32,000 nt of DNA from Megasphaera elsdenii DSM 20460 (lineage in GTDB: Bacteria > Bacillota > Negativicutes > Veillonellales > Megasphaeraceae). Under the pieces are notes generated by a model. The model had not been told where the DNA came from. It saw only the letters and a program-made list of their open reading frames with translations, and ran no database searches. The DNA is taken from positions 1,080,001-1,112,000 of the forward strand of contig NZ_CP027570.1 in the NCBI RefSeq assembly GCF_003010495.1, written 5' to 3'. Each line of letters starts with the position of its first letter. Position 1 is the stretch's first letter. The position numbers and the translations under genes are program-made. Shown here piece by piece: positions 6,816 to 16,216 of the stretch.

Positions 6816-7887
6816 ATTCAAAGCGGAATTTCCGGCCCGGCGTGATGTAGTCCAGGAGAAATTCTTCGTTCGGAACGACTTTGGCGACGATATTGGTCCG
6901 TTCTTCTGGGGGCAGTTCGCATTTGACGATTTGGACTTCTCCCATATAACGCAGGAAATCGGCGTTATCCAGGGTGATATCGCCGCGGTGGAGGCTGCGG
7001 AAGATATCACTGTCCGGGTCGATGATGCGCCCGTCCAGATGGGCCCGGCTGCCGCTGGTGCGGATGACGTCCCGCGACGGGTCGGGCCGGGCCGTGAAGG
7101 TATAGGACAACAGGTCCTGGATGTGTGGCTCCCGGCTGAGGAGCTTGGCCTTGATGACGACGACGTCCGTTTCTTCCCGGCCGGTCCGGGCCAGGTCGCG
7201 CAGTTCCTTATCCGACGGCTTATCGTCGCCGATGAAGACGGACTGGACGCCTAAGGCCGCCAAATGGCGTGCAGCCAGGCTGACATCCTGATGGCGGTGG
7301 TCTTCCAGTGTCGGCAGGCCTTCATACAGCGGCGCCCGCTGGCCGGACTGGCTGGGTACGAAGGCACCGACGGACAGGCCATAGGCGTGGAGCAGGTCGG
7401 TTTGGGCCTTGAAATAATCCAAGTCCAGGCCCGTGTGAGGACGGGGATAGAAGTTGTGCAGGCCGTCGATGTAATCCATTTGGGCTTCGTTTTTTTGGAG
7501 ATCTTCTAAATCGGACTGCCTCAGCGTCGACGCATTGACCTGGACGCGGACGAGGTGGCTGTACATGGCAAGCTTGGCCGCATCGAAACCGTCGTCAAAG
7601 CGGACAGTCGTAATGCCCAGTTTGGCGATGGCTTCCGGGTCGAACCGGTCCATGCCCAGGCAGGCTGCCGAGGCTGGTGATACGTCGGCGACGATGTCGA
7701 ACTGAAATTGCCGGGCCGTTTCCAAGACGGCCTGCAGCTCTTTGCGAAAGGCCGCCGGGTCCGTTTCCGGGATGTGGAATGACGTGAAGAGACGCGTCAT
7801 CCCCAGGGCGGCAGCCCGTTCGATGCGGGCCGTCTTTTCTTGAATCGTCCCGCCCAGACCGGGATAGACAGAAATACCCGTTTCCAT
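6805..7887 (-). CDS. mupG: DUF871 family 6-phospho-N-acetylmuramidase (MupG-like)
   Basis: METGISVYPG...TRLFTSFHIPE.. is a DUF871-type N-terminus. The gene directly follows murQ and murP, as in known MurNAc-GlcNAc utilisation operons. Confidence 0.7.
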   Translation of the reverse strand: METGISVYPGLGGTIQEKTARIERAAALGMTRLFTSFHIPETDPAAFRKELQAVLETARQFQFDIVADVSPASAACLGMDRFDPEAIAKLGITTVRFDDGFDAAKLAMYSHLVRVQVNASTLRQSDLEDLQKNEAQMDYIDGLHNFYPRPHTGLDLDYFKAQTDLLHAYGLSVGAFVPSQSGQRAPLYEGLPTLEDHRHQDVSLAARHLAALGVQSVFIGDDKPSDKELRDLARTGREETDVVVIKAKLLSREPHIQDLLSYTFTARPDPSRDVIRTSGSRAHLDGRIIDPDSDIFRSLHRGDITLDNADFLRYMGEVQIVKCELPPEERTNIVAKVVPNEEFLLDYITPGRKFRFEFIR

Positions 7888-9273
7888 TTATTCTCCCTCC
7901 TTCGGGTCGTCAAAGCCTAAGAGCCAGGTTGCGATGAAGCCGGCAGCGTAGGCCGTAACGAGTCCTAATAAATACATGGGGATGTTGTCCGTGCTGGCTG
8001 CCAGGGGCAGGCCGGAAATACCGATTGTCGCGGCACCGACCATGTAAGCCGCCTGGACAGCGCCGCCAAAGGCTCCGCCGATACAGGCGCCGATGAACGG
8101 CTTGCCCAGGGGCAGGGTGACGCCGTAGATGAGCGGTTCGCCGACGCCCATGAGGCCGACGGGCAGGGCCGAGGCGATGGTCTTGCGCAGGGCCTTGTTC
8201 CTGGTCTTGGCATAGACGGCGATGGCGGCGCCGACCTGACCGCCGCCGGCCATGGCCAGGATGGGCAGGAGAATGGTCACGCCGTAGCGCGACAGGAGCT
8301 CTGCATGGATCGGCGTCAGGCCCTGATGGATGCCGACCATGACCATAGGCAGGAAGGTCCCGCCCAGGATGAAGCCCGTCACAGCGCCGCCGGTGCCGAT
8401 GGATTCCGTCGCGGCATAGCCGATGGCTTCCGACAGATAGCCACCCACGGGCTGGCAGAGGAAGAGGGCGACAAAAGTCGAAATGACGACGACTAGAAAC
8501 GGCGTGACGAAGAGGTCGAGCATATCCGGTACGATGCGGTGGAGTTTCTTTTCCAGCCACGACGAGAAGAAGACGACCAGGAGAACGGCGATGATGCCGC
8601 CCCGGCCAGGGACCAGGGGATCGCCGAAAAGATTGATCTGAGCCAGGTTGGGGTGGCTGAGGATGGCCGCCATGACGCCGCCCAGCATGGGCGAGCCGCC
8701 AAATTCCTTGGCCGCGTTGATGCCGACGAAGATGTTCAGGCCATAGAAGGCGGCGTTGCCGGCAATGGCCAGGACCTGCAGGAGCGGCTGGGCCGCCAGG
8801 GATGGGTCCATCTTGAAAGCGACATTGAGCAGGCCCGTAATCAGGCCACAGGCGATGAAGGCCGGGATGATGGGTACGAAGATGTGGGCGATCTTTTTTA
8901 AGGCCAGCTTGGCTGGCGTTGCATTCTTGCGCCGTATTTCTTCATGCAGGGCCTGGCCGTCGAAAGGACCCTGGCTGTCATCGTTGCTGTCAGGCCTAGC
9001 TGATGGTGCCGGATTTTCCTTGCTGCCGCCTTCGACTAGCGGTGCAAAGGCCTGGTACAGTTTCGTCGCCTTGCCAGGGCCGACGACGATCTGCCATTCG
9101 TCGCCGGATTTATTGATGCCCATGACGCCAGGAAGTTTGGCCAGGTCTTCTTTGGTAAAGTGTTCGTCCTTTACCGTCAGGCGAAGACGGGTCATACAGT
9201 TGTAAGCCTTTTCGATATTGGCCGCCGGGCCGGTGATGTCGTAGATGGCCTTGGCCAGTTTATCATAATCCAT
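7888..9273 (-). CDS. murP: PTS EIIBC component, N-acetylmuramic acid-type
   Basis: Start MDYDKLAK follows AAGGAGG. The EIIB motif is NCMTRLRL. A polytopic EIIC domain follows. Assignment is supported by operon context with murQ. Confidence 0.8.
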   Translation of the reverse strand: MDYDKLAKAIYDITGPAANIEKAYNCMTRLRLTVKDEHFTKEDLAKLPGVMGINKSGDEWQIVVGPGKATKLYQAFAPLVEGGSKENPAPSARPDSNDDSQGPFDGQALHEEIRRKNATPAKLALKKIAHIFVPIIPAFIACGLITGLLNVAFKMDPSLAAQPLLQVLAIAGNAAFYGLNIFVGINAAKEFGGSPMLGGVMAAILSHPNLAQINLFGDPLVPGRGGIIAVLLVVFFSSWLEKKLHRIVPDMLDLFVTPFLVVVISTFVALFLCQPVGGYLSEAIGYAATESIGTGGAVTGFILGGTFLPMVMVGIHQGLTPIHAELLSRYGVTILLPILAMAGGGQVGAAIAVYAKTRNKALRKTIASALPVGLMGVGEPLIYGVTLPLGKPFIGACIGGAFGGAVQAAYMVGAATIGISGLPLAASTDNIPMYLLGLVTAYAAGFIATWLLGFDDPKEGE

Positions 9274-10174
9274 GGGCAGCCTCCTTGAGGACGGCAGCAA
9301 CGTATCCCTGGGCGGCTGCCAGGCGGTCTTCGGCTTCTTTGGCAGGCAGGTTCAGGAGAATCATGACGATGGCCGTCTTGGCTCGTCCCTGACTTTCGGC
9401 CAAGGCCTTTACGGCTTCCTGGCGGCTGCAGCCCGTCGCCGTCATGACGATGCGCCGTGCCCGTTCTTCCAGTTTCTGGTTAGACGACTTGACGTCGACC
9501 ATGAGGTTGCCATAGACTTTGCCCAGGCGGATCATGGCGCCGGTGGACAGCATGTTGGCAATCATCTTCTGGGCCGTGCCCGCTTTCATGCGCGTCGATC
9601 CGGTGACGACTTCCGGCCCGACGACGGCGCAGAGGTCGATGTCGGCACAGGCGCCGATGGCCGAATGAGGCGAGCAGTCGATGGCAATCGTCGCCGCACC
9701 GACGGAAGCGGCATAAGTCAGGCCGCCGACGACATACGGTGTCCGGCCCGATGCACTGAGGCCGACGACGACGTCGTCGGCGGTCAGATTTTTGGCTATC
9801 AGGTCCTGACGGCCCAGTTCCGGCGAGTCTTCCGCCCCTTCTTTGGCACGGAAAATGGCTTCATAACCGCCGGCGATGAGGCCCTGGATGCGTTCCGGGT
9901 CGGTGCTGTATGTCGGCGGACATTCGACGGCGTCGAGGATGCCCAGGCGGCCGGACGTACCGGAGCCCATGTAGAACAGGCGGCCGCCGTGGCGCAGCCT
10001 GTCGGAGATGGTGTCGACGGCCTTGGCGATGTCCGGGATAATGGCGCCGACGGCATCGGCGACTTTATGGTCTTCGTCATTTATGATGCGCAACATGTCT
10101 TCCGTAGACACGCTGTCGATATGCTGGCTGTGGCTGTTTCGCTGTTCCGTAGCCAGAGTTTCTAAGTTGATCAT
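9263..10174 (-). CDS. murQ: N-acetylmuramic acid 6-phosphate etherase (SIS domain)
   Basis: MINLETLATEQRN..., ..GRLFYMGSGTSGRLG.. and ..GSTRMKAGTAQKM.. are characteristic of MurQ. Confidence 0.9.
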   Translation of the reverse strand: MINLETLATEQRNSHSQHIDSVSTEDMLRIINDEDHKVADAVGAIIPDIAKAVDTISDRLRHGGRLFYMGSGTSGRLGILDAVECPPTYSTDPERIQGLIAGGYEAIFRAKEGAEDSPELGRQDLIAKNLTADDVVVGLSASGRTPYVVGGLTYAASVGAATIAIDCSPHSAIGACADIDLCAVVGPEVVTGSTRMKAGTAQKMIANMLSTGAMIRLGKVYGNLMVDVKSSNQKLEERARRIVMTATGCSRQEAVKALAESQGRAKTAIVMILLNLPAKEAEDRLAAAQGYVAAVLKEAAHGL

Positions 10175-10239
10175 GTTTGATTCCTTTCTTTCCTTGCAGT
10201 CGTGATTCTCGTTCGTTGGGAACAATATACACATCTCTA

Positions 10240-10268
10240 ATTATAGAGAGTGTTTGCAGGACTTGCAA
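10240..10268 (-). promoter_or_regulatory. sigma-70-type promoter of the murQ operon with an overlapping inverted repeat
   Basis: On the minus strand, TTGCAA (10263-10268), a 17-nt spacer and TATAAT (10240-10245). The inverted repeat ACAC(A)TCTCTA-ATTA-TAGAGAGTGT (10229-10253) is centred on the -10. Confidence 0.55.
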
Positions 10269-10356
10269 TAGGCCTTTTTTTCATGAGCCATGACCTTTAT
10301 TTTTTTGCCATTTCATGGTATGATTAATCTGCACGCAGCAGACCTGTGTGCCCTGT

Positions 10357-10433
10357 GCGCCCATAGCTCAGCTGGATAGAGCAGCAGTTTCCTAAACTGC
10401 GTGTCGGATGTTCGAGTCATCTTGGGCGCACCA
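10357..10433 (+). tRNA. tRNA-Arg (anticodon CCT), encoded CCA end
   Basis: Acceptor GCGCCCA pairs with TGGGCGC. D-arm is AGCTCAGCTGGATAGAGC. The anticodon stem-loop GCAGT-TTCCTAA-ACTGC places CCT at the anticodon. T-arm is GGATGTTCGAGTCATCT. Discriminator A plus CCA. Confidence 0.9.
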
Positions 10434-10491
10434 TTTTTTTATCTACATAATCTAATCATTAAATTATCAGTCCGGAAAGGTGGGTTCCTTC

Positions 10492-11850
10492 ATGTCCGAT
10501 ACTAAGAACCAGCTGGCTTCTTTCCACGAAGAAGTCATGCATGATGCCGATTATACCTTGGCCGAAGCCGTCGCCGAAGCCAAGCGCTGCCTGAATTGCA
10601 AAGTACCGCAATGCCGCAAAGGCTGCCCCATTGAAAACGAAATCCCCCAGTTCATCCATGCCATGACCCAGGGGGATTTCGGGGCTGCTGCGGACCACAT
10701 CTACCATCGCAGCGACCTGCCGGCCATCTGCGGCCGCATCTGTCCGAGAGAAAAGCAGTGCGAAGGCCACTGCGTCCTCGGCAAAAAGGGAAAGCCTGTT
10801 GAAATCGGCAAATTGGAACGGTTCGTAGCGGATATGGCCCTGGACGGCGGCTTCCTCCCGCAGCCTGTCAGCCGCAAGACCGCCGGCCGCGTGGCCATCA
10901 TCGGCTGTGGCCCGGCCGGCATGGCAGCTGCGCGGGAACTGGCCGGCCTCGATTACGATGTGACCATCTTTGAAGCCGCTTCCCAGCCAGGCGGTACCAT
11001 GACCTATGGCATCCCGACTTTCCGGCTCCATAAAGAATTATTGCAGCGCGAAGCCCAGGCCCTGACGGCCATGGGCGTCACTATCGAATACAATGTCAAA
11101 ATCGGTGTCGATAAGTCTTTGGCCGAACTGAAGGAAGCTTTCGATGCCGTCTTCATCGCCATTGGGACGATGAATGCCTGGAATCTCGGTGTCGATAACG
11201 ATACTATCGATGGCGTCGTCGATGCCGAACAGTTCCTGCGCGACGTCCAGCGCGTCCAGAACGGGGAAGTCGCTTTGGAAGACCTGCCCGTCCAGAAAGG
11301 CGACCAGGTCATCGTCGTCGGTGCCGGCAACGTCGCCATCGATGCCGCCCGCACATCGCTGCGCCTCGGGGCAGACGTCAAGATCGTCTACCGCCGGGCT
11401 GAAAAGAACATGAAATGCCTGCCGTCGGAATATGAAGAAGCCAAGGCTGATGGTGTCCAGTTCCAGTTCTACTCGGCACCGAAAGCCGTCGTCGGGACGG
11501 ACCATGTAGAAGGGCTGAAATATGAAAAACAGCAGATCCTCGAAGATGCCACCATGGTTCCGACAGGCGAATTCGGCGTCGTTCCGGCCAATAAGATCAT
11601 CGCTGCTATCGGCAATAAACCGGAACTGCCCATCGTCAAAGCCCTCGGTGTCGACGCCAATGACGATGGCTACATCGCCGTCAAGGACCTGCCCTACGGC
11701 ATGACCAGCCAAGAAGGTGTCTTTGCCGCCGGTGATATCGTCCACAAACCGCAGACCGTCGTCCTGGCCATGCGCGAAGGGCGTAAGACGGCTGCCGGTA
11801 TCGACCAGTACTTGAAGGCCAAAAAGGTCATGTCCGCTGCGAAAGCATGA
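10492..11850 (+). CDS. glutamate synthase small-subunit-like NAD(P)H-dependent FeS flavoprotein oxidoreductase
   Basis: Cys clusters CLNCKVPQCRKGCP and CGRICPREKQCEGHC, followed by the dinucleotide folds VAIIGCGPAG and VIVVGAGNVAIDAA. The ATG follows GGAAAGGTGGG. Confidence 0.8.
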   Translation: MSDTKNQLASFHEEVMHDADYTLAEAVAEAKRCLNCKVPQCRKGCPIENEIPQFIHAMTQGDFGAAADHIYHRSDLPAICGRICPREKQCEGHCVLGKKGKPVEIGKLERFVADMALDGGFLPQPVSRKTAGRVAIIGCGPAGMAAARELAGLDYDVTIFEAASQPGGTMTYGIPTFRLHKELLQREAQALTAMGVTIEYNVKIGVDKSLAELKEAFDAVFIAIGTMNAWNLGVDNDTIDGVVDAEQFLRDVQRVQNGEVALEDLPVQKGDQVIVVGAGNVAIDAARTSLRLGADVKIVYRRAEKNMKCLPSEYEEAKADGVQFQFYSAPKAVVGTDHVEGLKYEKQQILEDATMVPTGEFGVVPANKIIAAIGNKPELPIVKALGVDANDDGYIAVKDLPYGMTSQEGVFAAGDIVHKPQTVVLAMREGRKTAAGIDQYLKAKKVMSAAKA

Positions 11851-11861
11851 GGAGGCCGGCT

Positions 11862-12428
11862 ATGAGTGAACTGACACGGCAGATATTGAAGGCCAATGAA
11901 CGTTTCGTCAAACAGTCCCTGTCCCAGGGCGGCTTCGATGAGGTCAGCAAGTATCCCAGCCGCAACCTGGCTGTCCTGACTTGCATGGATACGCGCCTTT
12001 TGAGCTTCCTTGAACCGGCTATGGGCCTCGTTCGGGGGGAAGCTAAACTCATCAAGGTCGCCGGCAATACGGCCTTTGAAGATTTTGACAGCGTCATCGG
12101 CAGCCTCATGGTCGCCGTTTACGAATTACATGTCCACGACATCATCGTCATGGGCCACGACGACTGCGGCATGCTCAAGACGACGGCAGACAGCCTGTGC
12201 CGTCACATGGCAGAAGAAGGCATCGATGATGCGGCCATCGCCGCCGTCCGGCCCAAGCTGGAACAATGGGCCGACCCCATTACCGATATCGATGCGTCCG
12301 TCTGTGATACGGTCCGCCGCCTGCGGGCCAATCCCTACTTGCCTTCATCCCTTACGATTTATGGTATGGTCATCCATCCGCACACCGGTGAAATCCGAGT
12401 CGTCGACGATGGAGAAGGCCAGAAATAG
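11862..12428 (+). CDS. beta-class carbonic anhydrase
   Basis: CMDTR and GHDDCGM zinc-ligand motifs. GAGGAGG RBS. Confidence 0.8.
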   Translation: MSELTRQILKANERFVKQSLSQGGFDEVSKYPSRNLAVLTCMDTRLLSFLEPAMGLVRGEAKLIKVAGNTAFEDFDSVIGSLMVAVYELHVHDIIVMGHDDCGMLKTTADSLCRHMAEEGIDDAAIAAVRPKLEQWADPITDIDASVCDTVRRLRANPYLPSSLTIYGMVIHPHTGEIRVVDDGEGQK

Positions 12429-12436
12429 GAGGTATT

Positions 12437-12994
12437 ATGAGTCTTGTCACACAACGAATGAAAGACCATGCCGCTGTCCTCGAAGCGACGATGGATTTGA
12501 TTCCGGATATTGAAAAAGCCGGGGCCTTGTTCAAAGAGGCCCTGGCTTCGGGCCACAAAATCCTATTTTGTGGCAATGGCGGCAGTGCTGCCGATTCTCA
12601 GCATTTAGCCGCAGAAATCGTCGGCCGCTTCCAGAAAGAACGGCGGCCGTTCCCGGCTCTGGCTTTGACTGTCGATACGTCGATTTTGACGGCTGTCGGC
12701 AATGATTACGGCTTCGACACGGTCTTTGCCCGTCAGGTCCGGGCTTTAGGTGAAAAGGGCGATATCCTGGTCGGCATTTCTACGTCCGGCAACAGCCAGA
12801 ATGTCTTGGAAGCCATCGAGGCAGCCCGCGAAAAAGGCCTCACTGTCATCGGCATGACCGCCTATGGCGGCGGTAAGATGAAGGAGGCCTGTGATATCTG
12901 CCTGTCTGTACCGGCAAAAGTGACGGCACGGGCTCAGGAAATGCATATTATGATCGGTCATATCCTCTGCGAAATCGCTGAAGAAGATATGTAA
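12437..12994 (+). CDS. gmhA: D-sedoheptulose-7-phosphate isomerase (SIS domain)
   Basis: ..ILFCGNGGSAADSQHLAAEIVGRF.., ..TAVGNDYGFDTVFARQ.. and ..GISTSGNSQNV.. match the GmhA/DiaA pattern. Confidence 0.8.
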   Translation: MSLVTQRMKDHAAVLEATMDLIPDIEKAGALFKEALASGHKILFCGNGGSAADSQHLAAEIVGRFQKERRPFPALALTVDTSILTAVGNDYGFDTVFARQVRALGEKGDILVGISTSGNSQNVLEAIEAAREKGLTVIGMTAYGGGKMKEACDICLSVPAKVTARAQEMHIMIGHILCEIAEEDM

Positions 12995-13645
12995 TCAGCC
13001 GACGATCTGCTGGAACTGTTTGTTGTTCCGGATTTTATCGAAATGGCTCTGTGTCCGGGCTGCCTGACGGACGTCTTCGCCGCCCAGGTCGATGGCCTGT
13101 TTCAGATAAGGCAGAGCCTGGTCGGCTTTGCCCAGGTCGCCGTAGATGGTGGCGATACCGTAGTAACTCCAGGTATTGCCCGGGTCGGCGGCGATGACGT
13201 TCTTGAAATACGTCAGGGCTTTATCGTATTGGCCGTCTATTTTATAGGCCAAGGCCAGGTTGTAGAACGAAGCGACGTCTTTCGGGGCTATTTTCAGCGC
13301 TTTTTCAATGAGCTCGATGCCCTGGGCGACGTCGTTTTTGTTACCCGTACTGTTGCCGCGCATGGCCAGGGTGACGCCTTTATTGCTCAAGGCCTGGTAA
13401 TTATGGGCGTCCATAGAAAGGGCTTTGTCGAAGTCGCTGATGGCCCCGGCATAATCGCCGGCCTGGTATTTTTTCAGCCCTGCGTCGCTGTAGGCCTGCG
13501 AATCGGCCTGGATAGCCGGTGCCGCCGAAGTCTGTACTTCTTGTGCCGCCGGTGCCGGCTGAGACGATGATGGCTGCGTACTGCATCCGCCGCTCCCGGC
13601 AGCTAATGCCAGCAGGAGCAGGATGGCCAAGTGTTTGTTCTTCAT
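12995..13645 (-). CDS. TPR-repeat lipoprotein
   Basis: Start MKNKHLAILLLLALAAGSGGC (lipobox) follows AGGAGA. TPR-like repeats are present (..YAGAISDFDKAL.., ..YNLALAYKIDGQYDKALTYFK..). Confidence 0.8.
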   Translation of the reverse strand: MKNKHLAILLLLALAAGSGGCSTQPSSSQPAPAAQEVQTSAAPAIQADSQAYSDAGLKKYQAGDYAGAISDFDKALSMDAHNYQALSNKGVTLAMRGNSTGNKNDVAQGIELIEKALKIAPKDVASFYNLALAYKIDGQYDKALTYFKNVIAADPGNTWSYYGIATIYGDLGKADQALPYLKQAIDLGGEDVRQAARTQSHFDKIRNNKQFQQIVG

Positions 13646-13678
13646 GTTCGTTCTCCTGTTCGTCAAATGGAAAATCCT

Positions 13679-14077
13679 ATGAAACATATCATCAAAAAAG
13701 GGGACATCATCCTCATCATCACGCTGCTCGTCTTATCTTTCATCCCGGAAGGCATCTTTTACCTGACCGGCAATGATGCGTCGATAGACCGGACGTATGC
13801 CGTCATCCAAGTCGATGGCAAAGTCTATAAGGAAGTACCCTTGTCAGGCCACCATGGGACCGATATGATTTCTATCGATACCGATAAAGGCCACAACCTG
13901 GTCGTCATCCAGGACGAGAGCGTCGGCATTACCGAAGCCGATTGTCCCGATAAAATCTGCATCAGTGAAGGCTTTGTCAGCAAGCCCGGTGCGACCGTCG
14001 TCTGCCTGCCGCACAAGGTGTTAGTCGAAGTGAAGTCTGCCGGCGGGGACGAACCCGATGTCATTCCGGCCCATTAG
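13679..14077 (+). CDS. NusG domain II-containing membrane-anchored protein
   Basis: MKHIIKKGDIILIITLLVLSF, then ..CPDKICISEGFVSKPGATVVCLPHKV.. typical of the NusG_II family. The start is uncertain (13667 is an alternative) and the SD is weak. Confidence 0.65.
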   Translation: MKHIIKKGDIILIITLLVLSFIPEGIFYLTGNDASIDRTYAVIQVDGKVYKEVPLSGHHGTDMISIDTDKGHNLVVIQDESVGITEADCPDKICISEGFVSKPGATVVCLPHKVLVEVKSAGGDEPDVIPAH

Positions 14078-14090
14078 AGGTAGGTAGCTT

Positions 14091-14615
14091 ATGAAAAAGA
14101 CATTCCACATCATTATCCTGGGCTTGTTCATTGCCCAGTCCCTGGTCTTATATATCGTCGAAGGGATGCTGCCTGTGCCCTTCATCGCGCCAGGGGCGAA
14201 ACTGGGGCTGGCCAATCTGATTACGGTCATCGCCCTCTATGCCCTGCCGCGCAAGCGCGACGTCTGCCTCATCCTGCTCGTGCGCATCATCTTGGCTACG
14301 GCCTTTGGCGGCGGTATCAACGCTTTCCTGTACAGTGTCTCCGGGGCCGCTTTCAGCCTGGGGGCCATGATGGTCCTGCAGAAGACAGGGAAATTCTCTA
14401 TCATCGGCGTCAGCACAGCCGGCGGTATTTTCCATAACCTGGGGCAGGTCATCGTGGCATCCCTGGTCGTAGAAAATATCAAGATCATGCTTTATCTGCC
14501 GGTCCTGGCCGTCGCCGGTACCGGTACGGGCATCCTCATCGGCATTACGGCCATCTTCACCTTGCGCCATCTGAAGAAACTGCCCATTTACCGTCGCATG
14601 CAGGAAGGTGATTAA
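14091..14615 (+). CDS. Gx transporter family protein (heptaprenyl diphosphate synthase component I-like)
   Basis: ..EGMLPVPFIAPGAKLGLANLITV.. and ..GIFHNLGQV.. are hallmarks of the family. It has the usual pairing with a NusG_II gene. Confidence 0.75.
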   Translation: MKKTFHIIILGLFIAQSLVLYIVEGMLPVPFIAPGAKLGLANLITVIALYALPRKRDVCLILLVRIILATAFGGGINAFLYSVSGAAFSLGAMMVLQKTGKFSIIGVSTAGGIFHNLGQVIVASLVVENIKIMLYLPVLAVAGTGTGILIGITAIFTLRHLKKLPIYRRMQEGD

Positions 14616-15211
14616 TTAATCCGGATAGAGTCCAAGACTTCGTCGGCCAGTTTTACTTTATCTTCTTTGCTGCCATCGCAGGCTACGACGACGATCCACG
14701 TGGCCGGTCCGTCGGCAAAGCCGATGAGGCGGGCGCGCATGGATTTATCTTCGTACGTGAAGGTAAAGTCCTGGACGACGGCGTGCTGGCCGCTGACCGT
14801 CGTCGTGTCCTGGCTGACCGAGACGTTCTTAGCGTCGATTTTCGACAATACGGCGCCGGCTGCGGCTTCAGCCGTCTGATTGAGGCGCTGGCTGATGGCC
14901 TGACCCTGGCTGATGTGCAGGTCGTCGTACATCTGCTGGGTATCGATGCTGTTGGTATAGATGGCGACATACAGGCCGCTGTCTATTTCCCCGTACAGAC
15001 GGCTGCCCTTGAAATAGCGCTGCGTAAGCGGGTCGACAGGGACGGGGAAGTCGAGTTTTTGCGGATTTCCGGGAAGTTTCACCGTAATGGACGAGCCCAT
15101 GCCGTCGATGCGCTTTTCTTTCAGGGTAATCGTATAGCAGGCCGTCAGGCTCAAGGTCAGGATGACCAGGAAGAGGGCCAATAAAAAGGAACGGATTCGG
15201 GTATGAGTCAT
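14612..15211 (-). CDS. hypothetical lipoprotein
   Basis: Signal peptide with lipobox LSLTAC. I recognise no other family signature. Confidence 0.65.
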   Translation of the reverse strand: MTHTRIRSFLLALFLVILTLSLTACYTITLKEKRIDGMGSSITVKLPGNPQKLDFPVPVDPLTQRYFKGSRLYGEIDSGLYVAIYTNSIDTQQMYDDLHISQGQAISQRLNQTAEAAAGAVLSKIDAKNVSVSQDTTTVSGQHAVVQDFTFTYEDKSMRARLIGFADGPATWIVVVACDGSKEDKVKLADEVLDSIRIN

Positions 15212-15228
15212 AATACACCTCGCTAGTG

Positions 15229-16206
15229 TTATTTAAAAGGTAAATATCCCCAGGATACGAGCAGATAAAATGCCGGATAGAGGATAAGGATATATAGAAT
15301 TTGTGTCGTAATGAAAGGCGCCATGGCCAGATTGACATTTAAATCGTAGAGCCGCTCTGTAATCAAGGCATTAATGGCACAAGGCGTGCCCATGACGATG
15401 ATGATGGTCCCAAGGAGGACCGGGTCTGACGTAAAGCAGAGAGCCAGGCCATACGATGCCAACGGCGTCAGAATCATCTTTATCGGGATGAGGTCTAACG
15501 TCTTTCGGGCGTAGTCCTTGAAATGGGAAAAATCAATGAGATACCCGACGGGAATGAGGGCTACCCAGGCGCTGACATGGATGAGGGCCTGGAAAATCGT
15601 CGTTCCCGCAGCGGGTCTGGGAATCCCGGCAGCATGCAAGGCTGTGCCGATAACTAAGGCTACGACGGACAGCTGGTTCCAGTTGATGAAGATGGATTTC
15701 CAATTATCTTTGAAAAAGACGAAAAAGTTATGGTCTTTCCCGCTGTGCTGATAGTAGTATCCCATAGGGAAAAGGACGAAGAACATGAGCAGGTTCTGGA
15801 ATACGCCGATAATCTGGACGTAGGCATAGGACATTTCCCCGTAGAGAATGTAACTGCACAGGCCGCCGAGCGTCCCGGTATTGGCCGGGATGGCGGCGAT
15901 GAGATAGCTGCCGCGGTCGACAAAGGATGAGAATTTGCGCTGCCGCCCCAGTAAGAGGACGACCGCCAAGGGCAGGAGGCCGTTGAAAAAGGCAAAGAAC
16001 GGCAGACTCAGTAAATCGGTCCGCATGGGCAGGACCCAGAAGCTGAGCAGGGTCAAGGCGGTCATGATGACGATGATGTTGAAGCGGATGAGCCAGTTCG
16101 ACTGTTCCGGCGTCAGCCAGCGCCGCTGTTTGGCGGCATAGCCAGCTAGCATGGGCAGGATGATGTCTGTAAAAATATAAATCATCCGGAGTGTCGTATC
16201 TTCCAT
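15229..16206 (-). CDS. AEC (auxin efflux carrier) family transporter
   Basis: Polytopic protein. The C-terminal ..MGTPCAINALITERLYDLNVNLAMAPFITTQILYIL.. resembles the AEC signature. The start lies 10 nt after the stop of the upstream exonuclease gene. Confidence 0.65.
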   Translation of the reverse strand: MEDTTLRMIYIFTDIILPMLAGYAAKQRRWLTPEQSNWLIRFNIIVIMTALTLLSFWVLPMRTDLLSLPFFAFFNGLLPLAVVLLLGRQRKFSSFVDRGSYLIAAIPANTGTLGGLCSYILYGEMSYAYVQIIGVFQNLLMFFVLFPMGYYYQHSGKDHNFFVFFKDNWKSIFINWNQLSVVALVIGTALHAAGIPRPAAGTTIFQALIHVSAWVALIPVGYLIDFSHFKDYARKTLDLIPIKMILTPLASYGLALCFTSDPVLLGTIIIVMGTPCAINALITERLYDLNVNLAMAPFITTQILYILILYPAFYLLVSWGYLPFK

Positions 16207-16216
16207 GGTGTCCTCT

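Noticed and set aside
10282-10292. 11-mer TCATGAGCCAT shared between the murQ/tRNA spacer and the family C end at 17008-17018.
   Set aside because: Many coincidental 11-mer matches are expected in 32 kb on two strands, and the surrounding sequence does not align.
10357-10433. tRNA-Arg as an integration site for a genomic island.
   Set aside because: There is no integrase or recombinase gene. I could find no direct repeat of the tRNA 3' end elsewhere in the window. The flanking genes are housekeeping-type, and I noticed no composition change.
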